Positions 38,790 through 51,672 of a stretch of DNA of 64,000 nucleotides are shown piece by piece. Numbering within the stretch: the first letter of the stretch is position 1; each line of letters starts with the position of its first letter. A program made the translations under genes and the position numbers. The notes under the pieces are model-generated. The model saw only the letters and a list, made by a program, of their open reading frames with translations, had not been told where the DNA came from and made no database searches. This DNA comes from Raillietiella orientalis. Lineage: Eukaryota. The stretch is taken from the NCBI GenBank assembly GCA_036172245.1, contig JAYWIR010000011.1, forward strand, positions 992,001 through 1,056,000, in the 5' to 3' direction.

Positions 38790-39619
38790 ATGGTGTAAAT
38801 CCTTTTGGGTTCTTTTCTGTCTTCTCTGTTTACCTTCCAGCTTTATTTTTTTTTTTTCTCTCGGGTGTTCTTTTTTTTTGGAGGGGGGAAGGGGGGGGTC
38901 GCTAAGTACCTCAAGAGCCGTCGCGCGCCTGGCGGCTCACGCTGCTCTGTGACACTGTTCCACGCCACCCGAAAGGGAGTGGAATTCTTTAAAATAGGAG
39001 GTACCCGGGAGGGAACCCACCCTATGAATCCAGGAGAAGGGAGTCCCGTTCCTTTCACGCCTGGGGAGTGATCCCCGAAGGGAACCTCCGCCTTCGTTGT
39101 CTCCGGAGGGCATCTCCTTCCTCATCCTCTCCGGAGGGATCCCCGTAGGGATCCGCTCCATTTTTTCTTCTCCGAAGGGAACTTCTCCTGTTTGCTCCTC
39201 TGAGAACCCCGAACGGACCCTCTAACGACATTTCTCATAAGGGCGCTCCCCGAAAGGAGCGGCACGCTTCTCTGCACTCTGAAGTACCACACCTACTCCA
39301 TAGAACGAGACGGAGGGTCCTTTCCGAAAGGGGGGTCTGCTCCTTTGCGCAACCGAAGGGGAAATGCCGACTCCTTGATTCTGTTTCCTGGAAGGACTCG
39401 GTGGGCGCTTCCCAATCCCGGCCGCTCATCGGGAGCATTCGGTTTCAACCGCTACCGGTGCCGCTCCCGAATAGAGACCACCCAGCGTCATCTCGCGGGA
39501 GAAACTCGAACCCACGACGCACCCCCATCTCTCGGCGTCTATTCTTGTCGAGTATTTGAACACGCGACACTTGGTGCCACGCGCGGAGACCCGAGCAGCC
39601 ACATGGCTCAGACGCGGGC
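38790..39619 (-). mobile_element. SINE-like element, copy A (~830 bp, tRNA-type head at the right end)
   Basis: Core 39017-39575 nearly identical to 60334-60893; minus strand has B-box-like GGTTCGAGTTT and head GCCCGCGTC; A-rich 3' region. Confidence 0.75.
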
Positions 39620-39781
39620 CGAACATCTGTCGTGTTTGGTACTATCACTGAATCACAAGTCAAGGATATGCTAATGAATCCAATGGGCCCATGCCCTATT
39701 CATTATTCTTCTCTTTGCCCCCCCCCCCTACAATTCTTTCCATCAACACGACTCTTCTCACCCGCTCCGGTCTGATTGCAG

Positions 39782-39992
39782 GTCTCCTGGATGAGGAAAA
39801 AGGACCTGCACATCCTCTCTACAGGGTTGTACACGTTCACTGGGGATAGCCGCTTCCAAGTAGTCCATGGAAACAACTCCACAGACTGGAACCTGTACAT
39901 CCGGAACGTGTCCACCAGAGATAGCGGATCGTACGAGTGCCAGGTGAGCACGGAGCCGAAGATCAGCCTCTCCGTCAACCTTACAGTAGTGG
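39782..39992 (+). CDS. dpr: Dpr-family Ig superfamily gene, exon encoding most of Ig domain 1 (V-set)
   Basis: Acceptor ttgcag|GTC, donor G|gtacgt (phase 1). Encodes VSWMRKKDLHILSTGLYTFTGDSRFQVVHGNNSTDWNLYIRNVSTRDSGSYECQVSTEPKISLSVNLTVV, with the Dpr hallmarks VSWxR, DLHIL and DSGxYECQVSTEPK; paralog identity not assignable. Confidence 0.93.
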
Positions 39993-41484
39993 GTACGTAT
40001 ACCAGGTCTCAGCTGCATGGGTACAGTGGGGCGCTCCGTATACGTCTTTCGCATAAGTCCCAAGTATCGTTCGTTTGTCTCCTTCTACTGATCCCTTTAC
40101 AAAACCTTTGCACCTGTTCCAACACCCACTCATTTCGGTGACCCCCGACAGCGAAATTATGGATGGAGGCAACTCCTGTCTGAGCCCCTCGCTTTGGCAG
40201 TCTCCCCGGCAAAGTAAGCGTGTCTTTATCGGGAAAGAAGATAGGGAGGCGAGGAAAGGGTCTGGGAAGAGAGAAGGGAAGCAAACAGAGCAAGCCCCAC
40301 ACTGCCTTTTGAATTCTTTTTCGTTTTTTTTCCCTCCTGTTGCAAAGATGGGATCACTCTTCTGCTCAGAGGCGATTACTCTGGCAAGGCAATCGTCATC
40401 TTCTCGATCCATGCATGCCCAGGAGCGACCGAAGGACCACGATTGCCATTTCGGGAGGATTTCATGAACCCAATCTGACTTCGCGGCCACCTTTCCCCTT
40501 GTGGTTTGTTCCCCCTCAGGGTCTCAGCCTGCGGAGAGGCAGACTGTGGGGCGTGGATGAATGGTTCCTTTCCTGTTTCGGATGAAACAGGGAAGAAACC
40601 ATGGATGGGTCCGGATTCCAAATGACTGTGCTCCTAGTGCTCCCACTGTGTGGCCACGCCTGTCTCGCCTGCAGGTGAGGCATTACTCCCCGCGCCGAAA
40701 TGGGCCCTTTGGTGGACCTCTGTCCAATCCGGCAGGCGCGCTTGATGCAGGAATCAGATGCTTGCTTGAATTAGCGCGCTGAGGAAAAGGAACGAAGAAG
40801 AAAACAGAAAGCCAGATTGCCGGCGCGAGTTGGGAGCCACTCAGGCGTTCCTTCTCTTTCGAGGTTTTTCAGAGGCATTTTTTAGACTCAGCTGCGGGGA
40901 GGCTGGTTCCCTTGGAAACGGAGCGCATTCTGAACGATGTTTCCGTCAGCGGCAAGAAACATGCTGAGTCACCATCGCTGCTGCCATTGCGATCAGACTT
41001 CAACAGCCAGATTCCACTGGATTATCCTGTGGAGCACTGCGCTCCCCCTCGGCTTTCCCATGGGGATTCCACATTCGACCGCTCCAAGGGAAGAAAGGAT
41101 GAAAGCGCCCAGGAAGCATGGAGTTTCTCCACCGCCTAGGCATGTAGGCCAAATCAGACACCCTCCACCTCTTGAGCAGAAACTCCGGAAAATAGATGAT
41201 GCCACTTCGGACGAGTCTTCAGAATGGAGGATGCCATCTCTTCCCGACGAAGCAACTCCTGCATTTACGAAGAACCAAGTTTCCTTGATTCTCTTGCATC
41301 CGATGTCTGAGCAAGTTCCATTTTCTTCGAAGACTTACCACGTTGAGCAAGCCATCACACCCTCAGACCCCTTCCGAGCTGTCTGCTTGGAGCCATTGAT
41401 TTTCCAAGGATAGTGTCTGTCCTTGGACATGGTGAAAGAGGTTTCATATGTAGCAATCTCCTAAAGTCTAATGAGCCAAAGTGA

Positions 41485-41950
41485 TTAATCTCCTCCGTCT
41501 CTGGATTCGAGACGAATGGCTGGCTCACACAGCATGATCTCCCGAGATGAAACGCGTGGGAGAAGATGGAAATCAGAGAGAATGCAGGTGTCGTGTCTGT
41601 ATCCTCCCAGAAGGCTGCACTGGCAGTGCGCTGATCCGGAAGCGAGTTGAGAGCTTCCGTGCAATGCCGTCGGAAGCCACCCGAGAAGAACGAGTCGATG
41701 GCTCTGCTTAGGTGCTCCTGTACGTTGCACTGCTGTGGGCGTCGGTTCTCACGCGAAGAGGGAAGGAGACAAAGTCGTCCTCCTACAGCGTTACCACTGC
41801 GGAAGCACGACGTGACGGTGACGGAAGAAGCTCCTCCTGAAGTGAGCCCATCTCAAGAGCGAAAGGATCAGCACGACCAACGTCTTTCCATCGGCTTCGC
41901 CTTGAGTCTACGAAACTTCGACGAAGACCCATCCTGCCTGGAATCGCGAG
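41485..41950 (-). mobile_element. Decayed non-LTR RT remnant within the dpr intron
   Basis: SLLGGYRHDTCIL (resembles YADDT) preceded by QRTGAPKQSHRLVLL (resembles the QG motif) in ORF 41485..41730(-). Confidence 0.3.
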
Positions 41951-44900
41951 GAGTAAGGAGAGAGGGGGGAAGACGAGATGTAGCGAACAAGTGATGCGAA
42001 GGAGGAAGAGTCGAATGGGAAGCGATCACCTGGCAAGGATAAGGGCTCACACTTCAGAACAAAAAAGGCCTGCCCTCGCACAGCAGTCCAGGAACTGTCC
42101 TTCCCCTGTGGCGTCTCAGCAAACGCAGGGTTGTCTCAGAGCGACGGAAAGATGCTTCCAGACTCCAAAACTTCTTTTCTAAGGTCTTGCGATCGAATTG
42201 GCTCGAGGGGAAGGAAATAGTCTCAGGGAGGTGAGGTCACTTCTCAAGCGAAACATAAGACGAAGGCGCTGAGTCCTTCGTCCTCTTCCTCCGCGCATCT
42301 CAGGGAGATCGAGAGAAAAGAGATCTCTAGAAGCTGAACCGAAACGAGCCTCCGTCATCCGGCTGTCCTCCTCACAGAGTGAGAAAAAGAAATCGAGCAC
42401 CGAGCGGAATTCCTCAAAAAGAAAGGGATACAGAGTGAAGTGTTCCTCATCCTGAAAAACGAAGAGGACTTTTTCGTAAAGGAAACGAACGCTAGCAAAA
42501 TTCGAGGAATACCCGTCAACCCTTCGAGGATGCATTGGGTAGAGAGCATGCCGCCTGGAGCGCGAAGCAGTGGAACTCTTTGCCTCCATGCATAACAAAC
42601 GCATTGTCCTCCGTTCCGCGGCCACGTTTCCCTCTCATCCACCGTGGCAAAATCCCTCATGTACAGGGTGCAGTGAGTCTGCCTTCCCCTTCGAGCCATC
42701 GAAGATCGCCCCATTCTGGGTGTCTTCCAGGAGTTTTCCAAGGGGAAAAACGCGCATAAAGAATCTCCTTCTTCAAAATGCTTCGTGGGTCCTTCGAATG
42801 CATCCCACGTTATCTCCCGTTCCGCCGCGTTCCCCGGATGATTGGGAGAGTTCGCTTCATTTCACCTCAGCGCTCCACGTGTCTTACCACATCTTCATCT
42901 GCACAGACAACTTCATGTGTGTTTCTGCGTATTTTATCATGTCCTCACCCTCCCTGGAGGACGATATCACGTAACCGGAAGCCATGCCCGATGCAGGTGT
43001 CGATTTTTCCTCTTACACCGTGAAATCCGCACGAATAGATGCCTACCGTTTCAGAAATTCGCATTGGCGCTCCCTAAGCATCTTGGTGAAACAGCGAAGT
43101 TCCAGTTCCGAATGGCGGCTTGGCAGAGTGACCTTTGGTCGACATACCATCCTCAAAGAGGTGCACTGACCGGCTTTCACTGCTGCTCTTAAAATATTAC
43201 TCGAAATGCTCACTCGATGCAGCAGCTCGTACGTCCCTTCTACCTACTCTGCTCTCATGTTAAAATGCCCAGGGCTTTGATCTCTTGTGCTCTTGTTTTC
43301 TAAAGGTGCTTGGCTTTTCCAAGGGAGAAAACTCCAGGGCTTCCTCCCCCTAAAAGCATCGGACCCGTGTAAGCCGAATGTCTCCCTGAGACTCGGTGCG
43401 TGCAACTCGGGAACGCGAGTGCTCCACATCGTTCCAGTCTTCTTGTAAAGGAATGATCCCCTCTTGTGTGCTGCCCGATTGCCGAGCGATCGAGGAAGTC
43501 ACTTTTGGTATGTGTCCGGTGTCCTTCATAAAGGATTACTCCTTCCATCCGTTCGCCTCGCTGACCGAGAAAGCTGGCTTCTGTCCTTACGCGAGGAAGA
43601 GAATTTCTTGCAGGGGAAAGAGCTCACTCACAGCTACTCGCCAGCAGGATGGGGAGGTGATCCCGAAGATGATTTACCAGAATTGACAGCCGCTCTGAAA
43701 ACTCAACAGGTCGAAGGTCCAGGAAAAGTTCAGATTCGAAAGCAAGACGAGGAAACTCTTGGGAGCAGCTGCAACTCATGCAGATAACTTTAGAGACAGC
43801 TCTTCCTGTGGGTTAGGAGATTTCGCAAAAGCCCGAGGTCCTGTGATCAGCGTGCCCCTCCAGCATTGCGAGCAGCACTATCTCATGGAAGAGTGGACGT
43901 GCTCTTGTGTTGCTTTTGATCGTGAAGATCTCTGATAATCCTCCAAGAATGCCTCTGCTGGTCTGACTACAAAGGAGACTGTTTTCCCTGGAAGAACCCC
44001 GCTGGCTTCCGTTCGGAGACGGCGTTCTCGTGGATCAGGGTGGATCTGAGAGATCTCGGTGACTGCGCCAATGCAATAGGGATCGTTTCATCACTGGGAA
44101 CTAAAAGAATATTACGTGCCCTCTTTTTCTGTTTCCCGTTCCCGACCTCTCATGCAGCACTTGGATGATAGAGATCACTTCGGGATGATACAATTCCCGA
44201 GTCTCACTATCTGCACGGGATCTTATGCTTCCGGTTACGCTTTAGTTTGTCGAAGGCTGTCCTTCCTTTCTCGAGAGATCATCAAGTGATGACGAATTTA
44301 GTGATCGTGAACTCCTTCGGTTTCACCACCTTCGTTCGAGGATCGGGATGCATCTTAAGCATTCCGGCACGCAAGCACCATTGGGTGTTCGAACAGCGAA
44401 CTGACAGCAAAGGTGGCACGCCGCAGTAAAAGAAACTCACCGGTTGTTATTTCCAGCTTTCGAGTTATTTGGGAATGGCTTGCCAAAAGTACCTTGCTGT
44501 GCAGTTATCTGTGCAGTCGAAGAGGCGAATCCTCTCATGGCTCTAAGAATTCGGCCAGAAGAAGAAAACGGTTCCCACTGGGGGGACTTCCGAACTTGGT
44601 GCTGATGTCCCAGTCCTCCGTGGCGCAGAAAAGCTGCGCGGGCTGTACGTACCACGAGGAAGACCGTGTGCGGCTAAGTCTTTGATTTCTTAAGCACTCC
44701 CTGCTTCCTCGGTTTCGGTAAAAGAAAGAAAAGCAGTAATGGGTACTAAGTGAATAATTCCTTTATTAGCGATACGGCGGAACTGCGATGCGATGAGCTC
44801 TGTCTATATTAGGAATGAAATTCCTGTTGAAATATGACTTCCCTTCCACTCTGTTCGGACCCTTCTCGATCCGTCGATCACAGCACCAAATGATGCTCTT

Positions 44901-45656
44901 GTCGTGACAGATCCCCAGATGAGGAAGCGCCTTTCGGAATATTGGGTTTCGGAAAGCAATTTAAGGCTGTTTCCAGAGAGGAACGTCTTACAGCTTGCAC
45001 CGAGTGAGAACGGTGCCGTAGGCGTTCCTACAGTTCGGGATGGCACAACAGCAAGAACAAAAAGGCTTGCCGAAGCTGTGAATGCGTTCCCACCCCGCGT
45101 GCGGGCCGCACAATAAGTCCTTTGCTCGAAGCTTTTGCAACCCTGATGGATGCTCATATGGTATGGTACTTCGTCACGATATTTTATGAAAGAGTAATTA
45201 GCACAGCAGCCCGGAAGCATAAAGAGAGAGCGACGACGCAGGCTGCCAACAGCAAAAGGCGTCAGGGAAGATTTTCAAACTTTCCATGCAAATGGAAGAT
45301 AATTTTTTATGCAGATCGAAAAAAGATAAACACTAGTAGAAGAGGTTTATTAGTTTCGGGAAAAAACCTCTGACTTTTTGCACGGGGTGTGCACATGCTC
45401 ATGGATGTGCACCCACGTGCACCGACAATTTGTAGGTAAACTTTGAGGGGTGATGATTTAGAAGTAAGGGATTCTTCGTATCCTATTTCCTTCGGAGTGC
45501 TTTCGATGTTGTTGGGGACTCTTCCCTTCCTTTTCAAGAAAATGAGCCTATCGGCGCAGACTAGAAAGTACCTTGAAAACAAGGGGGAAGGGAGGGGGTA
45601 TTCAGGGAGATAGCCGAAAAGGGAGGAGCCCAAAAAGGTGGCGATAGTTTTTGTTA

Positions 45657-46307
45657 GCTGCACACGCGTTCAAGATAGGGAGTATCCCGTAGGTACACTT
45701 CCCGCCCTATGAATCCAGGAAGGACTCGGAGGCCATTCCTCTCACGCCGGGGGAGGGATCCCCGGAAATGGAGATCGCCTCCACCCTGGTTGTTTTTGAA
45801 GGGGAATTCAGAAGGGAATCCTCCTTCCTTATCCTCTCCGGAGAATACCCGGGGGGTCCAGGGATTTATTCTTCCTTCTCTGAAGAGAACCTAGAACGGA
45901 CGGCTTTTGAAATTCAGAAGGATTCAGCTCCCCAGAAGGGATCGGTTCGCTTCTCTGCACTCCCTGGAGAGGTGGTGACGACACACCTACTCCATCAGTA
46001 CGACGCGGAGGGTCTTCCCGGAATGGGAGGTCCGCTCATTCACAACCGGAGGGAAGCTCCCTCTCCGTGATTCCTGGAAGGACTCGGAGGTCGACTCCCA
46101 TTTGTCCCGGCCCTCATCGGGGGGCATCCGGTTTCAACCGCTACCAGTAGCGCACCCGCATGAACGTAGGCCCGTATGAAGTCATCTTGTGGGGTGAACT
46201 CGGAACCCACGACGCACTGCGTCGATTCCTTCGGAGTATTCGAACCCACGACGCTTGGTGGTGCCACGTGCGGAGACTACCGTAACCATACGGCCTCCGA
46301 CGCGGGC
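45657..46307 (-). mobile_element. SINE-like element, diverged copy D (in the dpr intron)
   Basis: Shares CCCTATGAATCCAGGA, CACACCTACTCCAT, TTCCTGGAAGGACTCGG and CGGTTTCAACCGCTACC with copies A/B; minus-strand head GCCCGCGTCGGAGGCCGTATGGTTA...GGTTCGAATAC. Confidence 0.75.
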
Positions 46308-48712
46308 ACACATTCAATGTGGCCAGCTTGAGAATCTTGCGAGCGCACTACTCCTGGAGACAAGTGTCCCAGAAGGATTCACAATCTGGTGTTGCAAGCT
46401 TTGCGCTTGCTTCGAGAAGGTGGTTTGCGCTAAAAGGAACTTGTATCCACCCCATAGGAAGTTGGGATCAAATGCAAGGCTGAATCGATGGCAGTACTGG
46501 GGGGAGGCGGAAGCAAATCAAACCTCTGTCTTTCTTTGGCGAAGGTCTCCAAAAGAAGCCACATGCTCGAACGAGAAACATTCTTACCGGGATTTCTTTT
46601 GCTTTTTATCTGATCTTTTCGTGTAGCCGTCAAAACAACTCATTGGACGCCTGGTAGCTCTAAAAGGTAAAACGCTCCGACAAGAAGAAATGCAAGTTCT
46701 TTCCAAGAATCAGAGAACAGACACCACGTAATAACAACCTGAGAAGTTCTTCCGACGTGGAAGAAACAGAACACGGGGGCCAGTTACCTGGCTTCCCGGA
46801 AGGAAATGCAAGCACTCGTGCTTTGCAAGATGAACGGTGGTCAGAAGTAATGTGATGGAGAGTGACTTCGTTTCTTCTTCCAGGAGAAAGGTATTTACCA
46901 GCATACAGTGGCTCCAGCAAAGCAAGAGATAGGAAGAATTCGAAGCATTCCAATCAAACCTAACGGTTCCGGAACAAGTTAGTCTCCTCCGTTCTACTAA
47001 CTTTTGCCTTAGTGTTACCATGACGCCAACTCCTTTCCGAATTTCTGTAGGGAAGATGTCGAAAATGTTGGAAAAGATCGGAAAATGAGACGCGCACCTT
47101 TCGATTCGAGAGTGAGGGGAGCGAATGGTTTCCTACGCGCAAGGGGTGCCTCGTAGAGGTGCTCTCAACCGCCGAAGTAAAAACTCAGCAGAGATCCGGA
47201 ATCTTAGCGAGAGCGGAAACGATGAAGCCAAGGAGCACCTCAAGGAAATATGATCACTGCTGATGAAAGACTCGAAGCCAAAACTTCGTGCGGGCTTGCG
47301 GACTTTCACTTCGAGCGCGACGCGAACCATCACCATAATTCACCCCCGCTGACATCCCTCGTGGCGTGTCAGAACCTGGGAAGATGGTGAATGGCGATGA
47401 AAGGCACTAGTGGGTGTTGCGTGCACCACTGAGGTGCTCGTAGCTCAGACATATGCGGCGGGTACGAAACGGCAACGTCATAAGGTTGGCGTCCAATGAG
47501 AGTGCCGCTGAAGAAAGGGGCGCCCAGCGAGCGCATGGTACATTCTCAGGAGAAAAGAGAATTAAGGAGAATGCATCACTGGAAAGAAGTGTCCGCGTGG
47601 ACAGGTGCACACCAAGCACCGAGGTATCCTGAGCATCCATTCGAAAAGGTCCTTAAGCAAAAAGGACCAGCAGCAGGTGCCGTTTTGTCCGTAGCCATAG
47701 AAATCTGTGGTCTGGTACTTGCTGGAAGTCCCTGTCCTCCGTCCGGCTCTTCTTCTTTCTTCAGAGAGTGGGAGCGAAACCTCGAATTCCGAAATCATGC
47801 AGTGTTCGGCTTCGTACAGTTCCCGCAGATCAGTGTTCTCAACCAGCTGCTACTTTTGTTTCGGTGCCACCCTGGTTCGTCTTCTTGCTCGTTGTCATGG
47901 GATTCCCTGATTCTCTTTCATTCGGAAATGATAGCGGTTCCCGCTCTCGTGGATGCGTTCCAGATCATAAACGCTTGCTTGCTTCCGCCATAGTTCCATT
48001 GTCTAATTCCACGATCTGTTCTTCCTGGTGGTGTTTCCTGCGCCCCCGATAAGGCGTTTTGAAAGAAGCAAGAAAAGCGAGATTTATCTTACGAACCATT
48101 CTGGCGGTTCGTTCTTATTTTTTCCAACAAGCTATAACATCAGTATGAATAACCTCGGATGCAGCCCACTGTAAAAACGGAGCACAACAAACTCCTCTTC
48201 CTCCCGAAGGAAAGAACGGTTCGCGGACACTGAACATATGTATTTCCTCCTTGCCTATTTATTTGGTCCGAAACGCCGCTAACACTCTCAAGAGCGGGAA
48301 GGGTAAGCGCAAGAAACCACCGTGCGTGAGCCCTGCAACGTCTCGCGGCTTTTTCCTTGTACGGGATTTTGGAACTAGTTATAACAGTGCTCCCGGTCTG
48401 TCTAGTTTTTTTTTGTCGGGACGCCCTCCTTCCAGAGAAGCAGTCGACTCCTTTTCGCGTTCTCTGGAAGGGAGAGAAAGCGCAGTTTCAGTATTGCTTA
48501 CTCTTACAAGATGTCTGACAAATCTCAGGAAAAGGAGCGCGAGCATCTCCACGTTTACTGTTCCCGCTCTCATTTTATCTTCTTCCCGTTCTCCTCCCCC
48601 ACGAAGAGTGCACCGTTCTTCAGGCTTGCATTTTCATGAAATGTGGAACTGCGCTCTTACCAGGTGCTGTTAATAAATTCCTCATGGGTGATTTTTTTTT
48701 TTTTTTCTTAAG

Positions 48713-49012
48713 AGCCATTCGCTGTCATTCCTGGACCCCCGGAGGTGCACATACGAGAAGGAAGCGACCTGATTCTAACGTGTCTGGTCCAGGAGATGAT
48801 AAGACCAGCCTCTTCAATCACGTGGGAGAAAGAGGGGAAGAACCTAGACATCACTTCCTCCAGAGGAGGGATCAGCATTCACACAGAAACACGTGACGGC
48901 ACAGCAGTGTCCAGGATTTTGCTACTCAATATCACGATGGAGGACGGAGGAAGATACTCCTGCCGGCCGACCGATGGAAACACAGCTTCCACTTGTGTGC
49001 ACATCATACAAG
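48713..49012 (+). CDS. dpr: Dpr-family gene, exon encoding Ig domain 2
   Basis: Poly-T tract plus ttaag|AG acceptor, donor G|gtaaaa; 300 nt, phase 1-1, in frame with the previous exon. Encodes EPFAVIPGPPEVHIREGSDLILTCLV...ITWEKEG...RGGISI...SRILLLNITMEDGGRYSCRPTDGNTASTCVHIIQ. Confidence 0.92.
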
Positions 49013-49594
49013 GTAAAAAAATGACCTGCCTTGCTCGCTAAGGATCCGGAATCGAGTTCCCCAAACCGCTGCCAACCAAGTAACCGGTTTGTCCCTCGTT
49101 CGCAGCAGCGGTTTCAGCCAGAAAAAAAAAAAAAAAAAAAAAAAGCAGCTTACCACTTGCGGTTCATTGCGATGGGCAGCTGCGAGGCAAACTGCCGTTC
49201 TAGAGGGGTTCCCATGACCTTGTTCCTGTAAAAATGAGGAGACGCAAGTTGCCATTAAGTGCTTGGGAGGAAACTCCGAAACGTGGATGATGCACTGCGG
49301 AAGCGACAACTCGTAACCTAAGGGCATGTTTTGAACAGCACATACTTAACGACAGATAAAGACTCATCTCCCTGAAACCTGCCAGCTCGCATCTTGCAAG
49401 GGGTGCTTATTCACAAGAGTTGCATGACCAGCTCACGCGGTGAATCAAAGTAAACTGCTCAGCACGTAGCCTCTTGAGCCGGCTCGGAGAGGTACAAGTC
49501 CACGTCGCAAGGGCGGTGTACCATCGTTCGGACGCGGCCCTCGGCCCCGCATGTGGTTGCGGAAGAGTACATGCGCCACCCCTTACTGTTCCAG

Positions 49595-49698
49595 GTGAAC
49601 TGACGGCGGCTATGCAGTCGACTTCGAAGAGAAGGAGTGGCTCAAACTGGTCGTGGTTCTTGTGGACTGCTTCGGTTTCCCTTCTCACAAGGCAGTGA
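49595..49698 (+). CDS. dpr: Dpr-family gene, terminal coding exon (putative GPI-anchor signal)
   Basis: Acceptor ctgttccag|GT, phase 1. Encodes GELTAAMQSTSKRRSGSNWSWFLWTASVSLLTRQ*: Dpr-like GExxAAMQ followed by a short hydrophobic tail. The three exons total 615 nt (204 aa plus stop). Confidence 0.8.
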
Positions 49699-50072
49699 GC
49701 AAAGCTGAGACCCACTCCTCCGGGAATGAGTCTTCGTGTTTTCATCTAATGGGGAAAAAAAAAAAACACCTCTGGAAGCACAGATGGCGAAGAACTCGTA
49801 TTTCACTCGCAGCAATGACATCTGAAAAAGCAGCCATTACGGGAGCAGACACGGGCACTCGAGGAACGAACATTTGACGGACCAATCAAGGAGGAAGCAC
49901 TTTTTCGCTCAAAACGCATCAACGAACGATTATATAGGCAAAGTGGAAATTCTAAATTTTTAGAAACTTTCCTTGATTCTTTGCCTCCGTGATCCACTTA
50001 CGTACACGTCAGATGTTTCCATTACGTTTCGAACACGCAAATTACTGTCCCTATAGGAAAAAAAAAAATGTA

Positions 50073-50078
50073 AATAAA
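50073..50078 (+). promoter_or_regulatory. Possible polyadenylation signal of the dpr gene
   Basis: AATAAA about 375 nt downstream of the stop codon in AT-rich sequence; positional evidence only. Confidence 0.3.
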
Positions 50079-51464
50079 GAAAGTTATCAAATGTTAATCA
50101 AGGAGCCATCAATGTAAGTCTGTTTCTCAGCTTCAGTGGTGACAGCCTTGCTCTGTTTCATGCTGCTATCACAAAACGAAAATCGATGAGGATGCTCACA
50201 GATAGCGGGTTTCCAGAGTTGTCGGGAAATGAGCATGGCTGCAAGGCGACTAACACAGGGTATTCTTTTTCTTCATTTTTTTTTGGCTCGCTGAGTACTC
50301 GAGAACCGTCCTGATTCCTTAGAGGGGGAGGGAGGGGGGTCACAAAGCACTTGAACACTTGGCCACGTCACCAGACGATGTGTGCAACTCTTCAGTCAAG
50401 GGGTAATCCCGGAGGATCCAAGAAGACTAAGGAGGAAGGTGTTCTCTCTACTCATGCTTGGTAGGGAACCTCGAAGGGAATTTCTTCTTACCCTATTCCC
50501 TCCGGAGAGACCCCCCCGACGAGTCGCTCCTCATTGCTCCTCCTAAGGGAACCCGGAAACGATCCACTTCTTGTTTGCACACTTCTGACGAGAAGTCCAA
50601 AGGGACGCTTCCAAATTTTCTCTGAAGGGTGCTTCCCGAAGAGGGCAGCGTCGCCGTAGAAAAGACCACAGTCGCCAAAGAAGGACACGCCGAAATACTC
50701 CGATAGGATCGGTCCTCCACGTCTTGAAAACTCCCAACAAAAAAGAACAACTTCTGTCTTCGCGCTGTCAAGGGGAAGCATTAAAATGGAGCAACAGGTC
50801 GCTTCTCTGATCAGGGGATTGCATCCTTGGCGCTAAACATTAGTGACGTAGATAGATGCCCAATCTACTCTACAATAGGGTGCGTTCCAGTCTGGTCTGG
50901 GTCTTCCAGTCCTTCGTAGCACCGTGAACGTAGCACGATTGGAGATGGCCAAGTACAACGATTGGAAAATCCCTTTGGAGGACTTCTTTCGGGCTTCTTT
51001 CTGGTAAGAAGTGTTGGGGATTTCAACTGAAGAGCGAACTCCCTATTAGATGGCGCCGCGCGCCTAATGGAAGTCGAATCCTCGTATTCTAAATGGGTCC
51101 GTTGGATGGACTCTCATCTCCCGGTCACAGAACAGAACTTGATCTGCTCACTGCGTGGCCTTCTCGACGGGTCTCAAAATGAGAATGCCCCGAGTTGCTC
51201 TGATGGACGGGATTCCTGCAGCGGGTGCTGTAGTAGCATATCTTATAATTCAGTCAGGAAAGGAAACCACTACGCCTCGATTCGTGGCTTCCAAATCCTA
51301 GGGACTGTCTCGAACGGGAAACCATGGCTGCGAGCAACCTATAAACGGGAGTGCTCAAGTGTTTTTTGCGCTCTCCATTCATCTCGTGAACGGAACGGTT
51401 TTGGCAACTCAGGCCCTGACAACATGAAAACGTCACGGGAAGCATCTTTGCGCATGGTTCAGTT

Positions 51465-51672
51465 GCCCGCGTCGGAGGCTTTGTGGTTAAGGCTTCCGCG
51501 AGCGGCACCGTGCGTCGCGGGCTCGAATGCTGCGGCAGAAACTGACGCCACTGCGTCGTTGAGTTCCTCCTGCAAGATGGCGCTGGTTGGCCTAATCAAT
51601 CGGGCGTGGCACCGGAGATGGATTAAGCCGATGAAGGCCGGAACAATGGGAGTCGACCTTCGGGTCCTCCCT
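51465..51672 (+). mobile_element. SINE-like element, 5' head fragment (copy F)
   Basis: GCCCGCGTCGGAGGCTTTGTGGTTAAGG...GGCTCGAATGC...ATGGGAGTCGACCT matches the reverse complement of the copy D head; A-box-like and B-box-like motifs. Confidence 0.65.

Noticed and set aside
38937..39438. Duplicated small ORFs (MERIPTGIPP..., MLPMSGRDWE...) also at 60253-60757
   Set aside because: By-products of the repeat copies; frames are not preserved in the diverged copies
51465..51540. tRNA gene
   Set aside because: A/B-box-like motifs but no cloverleaf; continues into the SINE body
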